Below the pieces are notes generated by a model that was not told where the DNA came from, did not search any database, and saw only the letters and a program-made list of their open reading frames with translations. From Octopus vulgaris (lineage: Eukaryota), in assembly GCA_951406725.2 (NCBI GenBank), contig OX597822.1, forward strand, positions 40,548,001 through 40,612,000: a stretch of DNA of 64,000 nt, given 5' to 3'. Positions 56,859 through 64,000 of this stretch are shown here, piece after piece (position 1 is the stretch's first letter; every line of letters starts with the position of its first letter). The position numbers and the translations under genes were made by a program.

Positions 56859-58116
56859 CAACACACACACACACACACACACATACACACTCGTACGTAC
56901 GTACACCTATTGCATACATGGTTTTTGTACGCATACATGTTCGCGCGCGCGTGTGTGTTTCCAACTACCAAATCCACTTATACGGTTTTGGTCGACCCAA
57001 GGCTCTAGTAGAAGACCCTTACCAGAAGTACTACACGGTCAGATTGAACCAGGAACCAAGAGTTTGGGTAGCAAACTTTATACGACACAGCCACGCCTGC
57101 CAACAAAACGCTACATTATTCTAGAGATCTCATCTCCACTTCCGTACTACAATGCTTCAAGCGAACTACAATGCTCTTCTATAAGCACATCACATAATGC
57201 AGTCATAGGTACACTATGCCTGAACAAAGTATGGTGTACACGCAGTTGGACTGCATTTTACCATGGGTCTACTGGATCAGGACAAGCCTGGGGCTAAACA
57301 GCAATAGCAACCAGTTTCCTTATCATAACATAGCAAGGTATATACACATATCACAAGGTATATGAAGAGAGCCCCTACAGAGCTACTTGAAATGCTAGAG
57401 ACACCAGTTAAATTACACCTTGTAAAAATGAAGGACACATTGGAAAATGTGGTTCTGAGTATACAGAAATACAAGGTGGTCATGGTTGGATCATGTTTGA
57501 TCATTGTGCTTTGAGCTGGGCTGACCTGGGCTGAAATACAGCAACAACAACAACGCGTAATAGTCTCCACCTATCAACCTATACGCTGATGACAGTGCGT
57601 GTCTCTATACACCCATCCATGACTACCTCTGGGGAGTTTAAAATGTCTGCGGAAATTAAAACGTTTTCTGAAATGTCATTGCGATGGCATCAGGTGACAG
57701 TTACTGTATTACGTCATAGACCACCAGGAGTGACGATAGTGATGATGATGATGATGATGATCATCATCATCATCATCATCGTCGTCGTCGTCGTCGTTAT
57801 GTATGTGATGATGATGGTGGTTGTAGCGGTGGTAATGATGATGATGATGATTGTGGTGGTGGTGGTGGTGGTGATGATGAGGATGATGAGAAGGAGGATA
57901 AAGATGATGTTGGTGGTGGTGGTGGTGGTGGTAGTAGAGATGACGTTTAGGGCAATAATCATAATGAGGATATTGCATTTAACAACATCCCTACGACGGT
58001 CACGAATAGGAAAAGACGGGGATGATCACAGACGGATCTTTGATCTCTAATCATAGGTCTGACCAATCAGGGTTGGCCTGCGGCTAAACAGAAACAACAT
58101 CATCCACAAGAATAAA

Positions 58117-58458
58117 ACAGATACCTCCATTCTAACAACATTATTGTACCCCACCACAGTCACTAATACACTATCCCAATTACACTTAGCTCTACTACTA
58201 TCACGCCGATTCAAATCCGCTATTGTAGGCGTAGGCGTAGCTTTGCGGTAATATATATATATATAGTAGAAGATATTACGCAGTGGACTGAACCCGGAAC
58301 CATGTGTTTGGGAAACAAACATCTTACCGCAAAGCTACGCCTACGCCTACAATAGCGGATTTGAATCGGCGTGATAGTAGTAGAGCTAAGTGTAATGGGG
58401 ATAGTGTATTAGTGACTGTAGTGGGGTACAATAATGTTGCTAGAATGGAGGCATCTGT
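58117..58458. repeat. ~135-bp inverted duplication with 72-bp spacer
   Basis: 58117-58251 vs 58324-58458, few mismatches; the spacer is a SINE family 1 head fragment. Confidence 0.9.
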
Positions 58459-58662
58459 GGTTTATAACACATATATACAGATATTGGCCTGCTCGCTTAG
58501 CCAGCGGGGTGGCGTCATTTGAAGGCTAAAACAATGCGAAGCGCATTGTGACCAGCGATGTGTAACAACATCTGATATAAATAATATATATGCATATATA
58601 CATACGTCTACGTACATACTTACATCTATACATACGTCTACGTACATACTTACATCTATACG

Positions 58663-58735
<73 letters not shown>

Positions 58736-58739
58736 ATAT

Positions 58740-59335
58740 GTGGGCACAGGAGTCACGAAACGTGTACAAGAAAAAATACGAAGTACGAGTACATAGAATA
58801 TGAACTATTTTTTCGAACAACGAAAGACACAAATGGAAAACAAAGACAAACAACATAAAGAACGACCCTTCATCCGTTGTTAGCTGTTTGTCTAATCTTG
58901 TATTTCGAACATTTAAAAACAATATATACTTTCGATAAAACAGTTGCTCCCGCAAAGCAAATTAAGTCAAACTTGGGATTTTGTGGAGGATCAAAATTGG
59001 TAATACAACAGGACAGTGAAAACAAACAGGAAGAGCTGCTTAGACTAAGCAAAGTTGTGGTGGCGAACGCGAAAATTAAGCTTGGACAGGAGAAAGACAA
59101 GAACATGTCTTCCTTGTTCCAACCACAACGGAGATAAAGAAACACAAGTTAGGAGAAGAAAGAAAGATGGCCGATGGTCACGTGGGAGCCACGTGAGCAA
59201 GTGAGGAGGAGGGAAGGAGACAGAGTGACAGTAATAGGTTAGAATAGTGGGAGAAGAGGAGGTAAAAGAATGCGAGAGAGAAAGAAAGAAAAACGAAAGA
59301 GTAAAAAGATCGCATAGAGTGCGCATCAGAATTAT
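58740..59335 (-). mobile_element. Family P diverged subfamily copy; permuted hammerhead motif at 58864-58928
   Basis: Minus strand TATAT-A-TTGTT-(6)-TGTTC-GAA-ATACA-(17)-AACAA-CGGATGA-A-GGGTC. Confidence 0.65.
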
Positions 59336-59426
59336 TAAGATAAAACTTACTTGGAAGAGGATGCGTGGCGTTCAATCATATACTAATATAAATAATATAT
59401 ATAAATGCATATATACATACGTATAT

Positions 59427-59509
<83 letters not shown>

Positions 59510-59559
59510 GACATGCATATATGGGTACAGGACATCACCAACGGTATACATACGTATAT

Positions 59560-59653
<94 letters not shown>

Positions 59654-59656
59654 CAT

Positions 59657-60078
59657 GAATATATGGGTACAGGACATCACCTGTACCCATATATTCTGAC
59701 ATCACATATTTGCAACGGTGCAAATAACATGAAATAAGTAAAAAAAAAAGGAGAAGAAAAAATGGAAAACAGGATAAATATACACAGAGAAACGACCCTT
59801 CATCATTTGTCGGCCGTCTATCTACTCCTCATTTCGAGCATTCAACGACAATATGAGTCTTCAAAGACAACTGCTCCCATAAATTCTAAAATAAAATTTA
59901 GGATTTATGGAGGGTCAAAGTTGGTAACAAAAACATGACAATGGAGACATACAAGAAAACCGAACAAAAACAAACATGGAGGGTCGTTAGACCAGAACGA
60001 GAGGAAAATAGTGAACGCTGGGAGAAATATTTTCTTTGAAAAGAGAAAAGATAGAATAGAGAGAGAAAAAAAAACACG
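59657..60078 (-). mobile_element. Family P copy; permuted hammerhead motif at 59794-59857; terminal hairpin
   Basis: Minus strand CTCAT-A-TTGTCG-ttgaa-TGCTC-GAA-ATGAG-(15)-CGACAA-ATGATGA-A-GGGTC; 17-bp hairpin at 59657-59696. Confidence 0.75.
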
Positions 60079-60093
60079 TCATACGTATATATA

Positions 60094-60268
60094 GGCGCAG
60101 GAGTGGCTATACGTTAAGAAGCTTGCTTTCCGATCACATAGTTCCGGTTTCAGTCCTACTACGTGGCACCTTGGGCATGTGTCTTCTACTATAGCCTTGG
60201 GCCAACCAAAGCCTTGTGAGTGGATTTGTTTGTCGGAAACTGAAAGCCCGTCGTATGTGTGTGTTTGT

Positions 60269-60328
<60 letters not shown>

Positions 60329-60520
60329 GTATGTGTCTGTATTCGTTCCTCCCCATCATCGCTTGACAACCGATGCTGGTGAGCTAACGTCCCGTAACTT
60401 AGCGGTTCGGCAAAAGAGACACGGTACTAGGCTTACAAAGAATAAGTCCTGGGGTCGATTTGTTCGACTGAAGGCGCTGCTCCAGCATGACTGCAGTCAA
60501 ATGACTGTAGCAAGTGAAAG
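60094..60520 (+). mobile_element. SINE family 1 copy
   Basis: Colinear match to the family. Confidence 0.85.
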
Positions 60521-60587
60521 CTAAATGTTTAAAAAAAAACACCGTACGACGACGATCACCAACACCACCACTACCACCACCACCACT

Positions 60588-60619
<32 letters not shown>

Positions 60620-60928
60620 CAACAAGATTAACACCGACAGTATGACTTCTACTACAACAGCATCATCAACAATATTATAGCAACAATGACAATCAATACC
60701 AGTAGTACCACCACCACGGCAACAACACAACACCACTGTAATATGATCAACGATACTACAACAGTAGCATCACAGCAACGTTGACAGCAGCAACATAAAC
60801 ACGACCACCATTACAGCTACAACATTGACTGCAACACTGAAACAAGATCGTTACAACTACACTGCAGCCACTACTAGCGCAGTGATATCAGAAACACCAA
60901 TACTGTTGATACTACTACTACTACTACA

Positions 60929-61013
<85 letters not shown>

Positions 61014-61179
61014 GTAATAGTAATAGTAATAATAATAATGATAAGATTTTTAATAATAATAATAATAATAATTAGAAGAAGAAGAAGAAGAAGAAGAAGA
61101 AGAAGAAGAAGAAGAAGAAGAAGAAGAAGAAGAAGAAGAAGAAGAAGAAGAAGAAGAAGAAGAAGAAAAAGAAGAAGAA

Positions 61180-61734
61180 GCCCTGATGCAGTACAAGACA
61201 TTGGCTCTCATGGCTTCTGATCTTAACTGATCGGAAGTGTTATCATGTACATTGTTTTGTCTTAGTATAAAAGATGGGCTACAGCAAATATTCTGCTCAA
61301 TACCACAGATTTGCTTGTCAATTATTTGACCATAACCAGTTGAGCATGTCCCTTAGTGGCTGAAGATATGTGCATCTCTGGTCACAACCAGAAGTAGTGG
61401 GGGAGCATCATAGCCATGTGTTAAGAGGGATTCTTGGAGGTTTGGATAATTCACCTTTGGAAACATGGGTAGTTCGTTCAAAATCCTTAAACAATCCTTA
61501 TTCAGGGACCTTTTGAGCGGGATGGGTTACTCGACTAGGAGAAAATTGTAACTGAGACCCATCTGCAGGGTCATGCGCTGTTTATCTTGATATGAGATCA
61601 CCATGTCGCGGACATATGGTTGTAATCCATGTGCCTAGTGTGCCCTTATCAGACGGGTAGTCATGATGGGTATACTGGGCTTCGTATATTTTACCCCAGT
61701 GTCACTTTGACAGCATGCACTGCTCTCTCACTCA
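61180..61734 (+). mobile_element. ~555-bp non-coding insert between (AAT)n(GAA)n and (AAT)n tracts; probable non-autonomous retroelement
   Basis: Complex sequence with sharp borders inside trinucleotide microsatellites; no ORF or TIR. Strand inferred from the (AAT)n at its right end. Confidence 0.5.
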
Positions 61735-61814
<80 letters not shown>

Positions 61815-62318
61815 TAATACAAAAGCAATACTGTGCAATGATCAACACGGCATTGCTAGCACTACCATCGCTACCACCACCACTACCACCACAACCACCA
61901 CCACCACCACAACCACAACAATAACAGCAACAACAACAACAACAACAACACCCCACCAGTCAGTAATTTCGCAATAAATATGTTAAGCCTTTGTTTCATC
62001 ATTTATATCAGTCACGCATACACGCACACGCACGCGCGCGCACACACACACACACATACACACACATACACACATGCATATACTTATACATATGCAGACA
62101 CACGCACACATTACCGGCACACACAAACATATAGACAGATATATTTATGTACGCGTATATTGTGATACACATGTATAATAATTACATCTAATCAGAGTAT
62201 ATAAAAATGACTATACGCACAATTTATATTTGCATATGATGTGAGTCTATGTGTGTATGTATATATATATATGTGTGTGTTTGTGTGTATACATGCATAT
62301 ATATATTTATATATATAT

Positions 62319-62366
<48 letters not shown>

Positions 62367-62367
62367 C

Positions 62368-62440
<73 letters not shown>

Positions 62441-62949
62441 CATACATACATACATACATACATACATACATACATACATACATACATACAAACAAGTGGC
62501 TGTGTGGTAAGAAGCTTGCTTCCCAACCACATGGTCCTGAGTTCAGTCCCTCTGCATAGTGTCTGCTACTATGGCCTCGAGCCGACCAAAGCCTTGTGAG
62601 TGGACCTGAGAGACGAAAACTGAAAGAAGCCCGTAGTATACCTGGATATTCTACTCTCCTATACTTAGAACTTCCTACACTTCGGACTCCTATACTTCAG
62701 ACTTCCACCTGGTTTTTCTGCCTCTCTCCTACATACATATGGATTACACTGGACTCTTCCGTTGATGAGAAATCGATCCAATACACCACGACGTTTGAAC
62801 CTTTTGAACTTTTCTGAACTTTTTTTGTATTTTCTGCTTTTTCCTATCGTCGCTAAACAATATGGTTGAGAAGCAGACTTCTTACCACACAGCCACTCCT
62901 GCGCCTGACATTTTATGGAGGAGTGGTTGATTTCAACGATCCGTGTGTG

Positions 62950-63295
62950 CAGAAGCGCGTTAGCGCGCCGGGTGAAATGCCTTGTCGTATTTCGTCTGTC
63001 CTTATGTTCTGAGTTCAAATTCCACCGAGGTCGACTTTGCCTTTCTTCCTTTCGGGGTCGATAAATTAAGTACCAGTTACGCACTGGGGTCGATGTAATC
63101 GACTTAATACCTATGTCTGTCTTTGTTTGTCCCTTCTATGTTTAGCCCCTTGTGGGCAATAAAGAAATAGGTATTTATTTGATCGACCTCGAAAGAATGA
63201 AAGGTAAAGTCGACCGCGATGGAATTTCAAGTCTGGAAAAAATGTCATTTAAGCATTTCGTCCGGCACAGTTACAGTTCTGCCAGCTCACCATCT
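62950..63295. mobile_element. Two SINE family 2 copies, tail-to-tail
   Basis: 62950-63170(+) and 63170-63295(-). Confidence 0.75.
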
Positions 63296-64000
63296 TAGTA
63301 ATAACAACAGCAGTGATAACATCAACATTAGCAACGACAAAAAATCACGGTCAGGGTCCGAATTTTGAACGGCCGGTCACTGAAGAAGAAAGAAGAGCAG
63401 CATTCGAAACCGGAACTCAGAGCATTATGGTATACTATAGTGCAATGTATTTTTGGTACAAGAGTATAGAGGGCAGGAGGGTAGAATGTCGAAGCAGTCG
63501 GTGGGGGAGTCAGAGACTTTGTGTCGTCGCAAATATTAGATGTCGGATGATAGCCTCAGTAGATTTGCCACTGACCTTTACAAGGTGAGAGGTCAGCAGA
63601 AATAATGGTCAGCGGTCTGAGGCTTTGGACAAACCTATAGATCGTTACCAACAACATCACGACATACGACATATTGATAAGAATATCTCTATGGCAACCA
63701 GAGAATAATGCTATCAAAAAACGGACATACATACATACATGCATAAAAATATTGTGTCGTCTGCGTATATGTTATTTACGTATGTATGCATGCATGCATT
63801 TATGTATGTATATATGTATGTATGTATTTATGTATGTATGTGTGAGTGTGTATGTATGTATGAATGTGTGTGTATATATATGTATGTGTGTTTGTGTGTG
63901 TGCAAGTATATGTATATCTATATGTACATATATGCATACATTCATGCATACACTAGCACGCATACGTTTGTATTTAGACGCATAGGTGTGCGCGCACACA

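Overview
Extremely repeat-rich, AT-rich metazoan DNA, intronic or intergenic, with a 100-N gap at 30121-30220. The SINE and microsatellite landscape suggests a coleoid cephalopod, probably Octopus (inference). No host protein-coding gene can be supported; nearly all long ORFs in the track are microsatellite translations. Supported content: (1) a near-intact, 5'-truncated R4/Dong-type non-LTR retrotransposon (RT, CCHC knuckle, RLE endonuclease; one frameshift) inside a (TAA)n tract; (2) dozens of tRNA-derived SINE copies in at least 3 families, one sharing its 3' tail with a CR1/L2-like LINE in the same window; (3) decayed mariner, hAT, Helitron and L1/Tx1-like remnants; (4) many short non-coding elements in or beside (TA)n/(CA)n tracts that carry hammerhead-ribozyme motifs. 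These include a complete canonical type I hammerhead at 47715-47808 and a family whose three hammerhead strands lie in a non-circularly permuted (pseudoknotted) order, with compensatory changes between copies (46963-47026, 58864-58928, 59794-59857). All structures were folded by eye; nothing was computed or searched.
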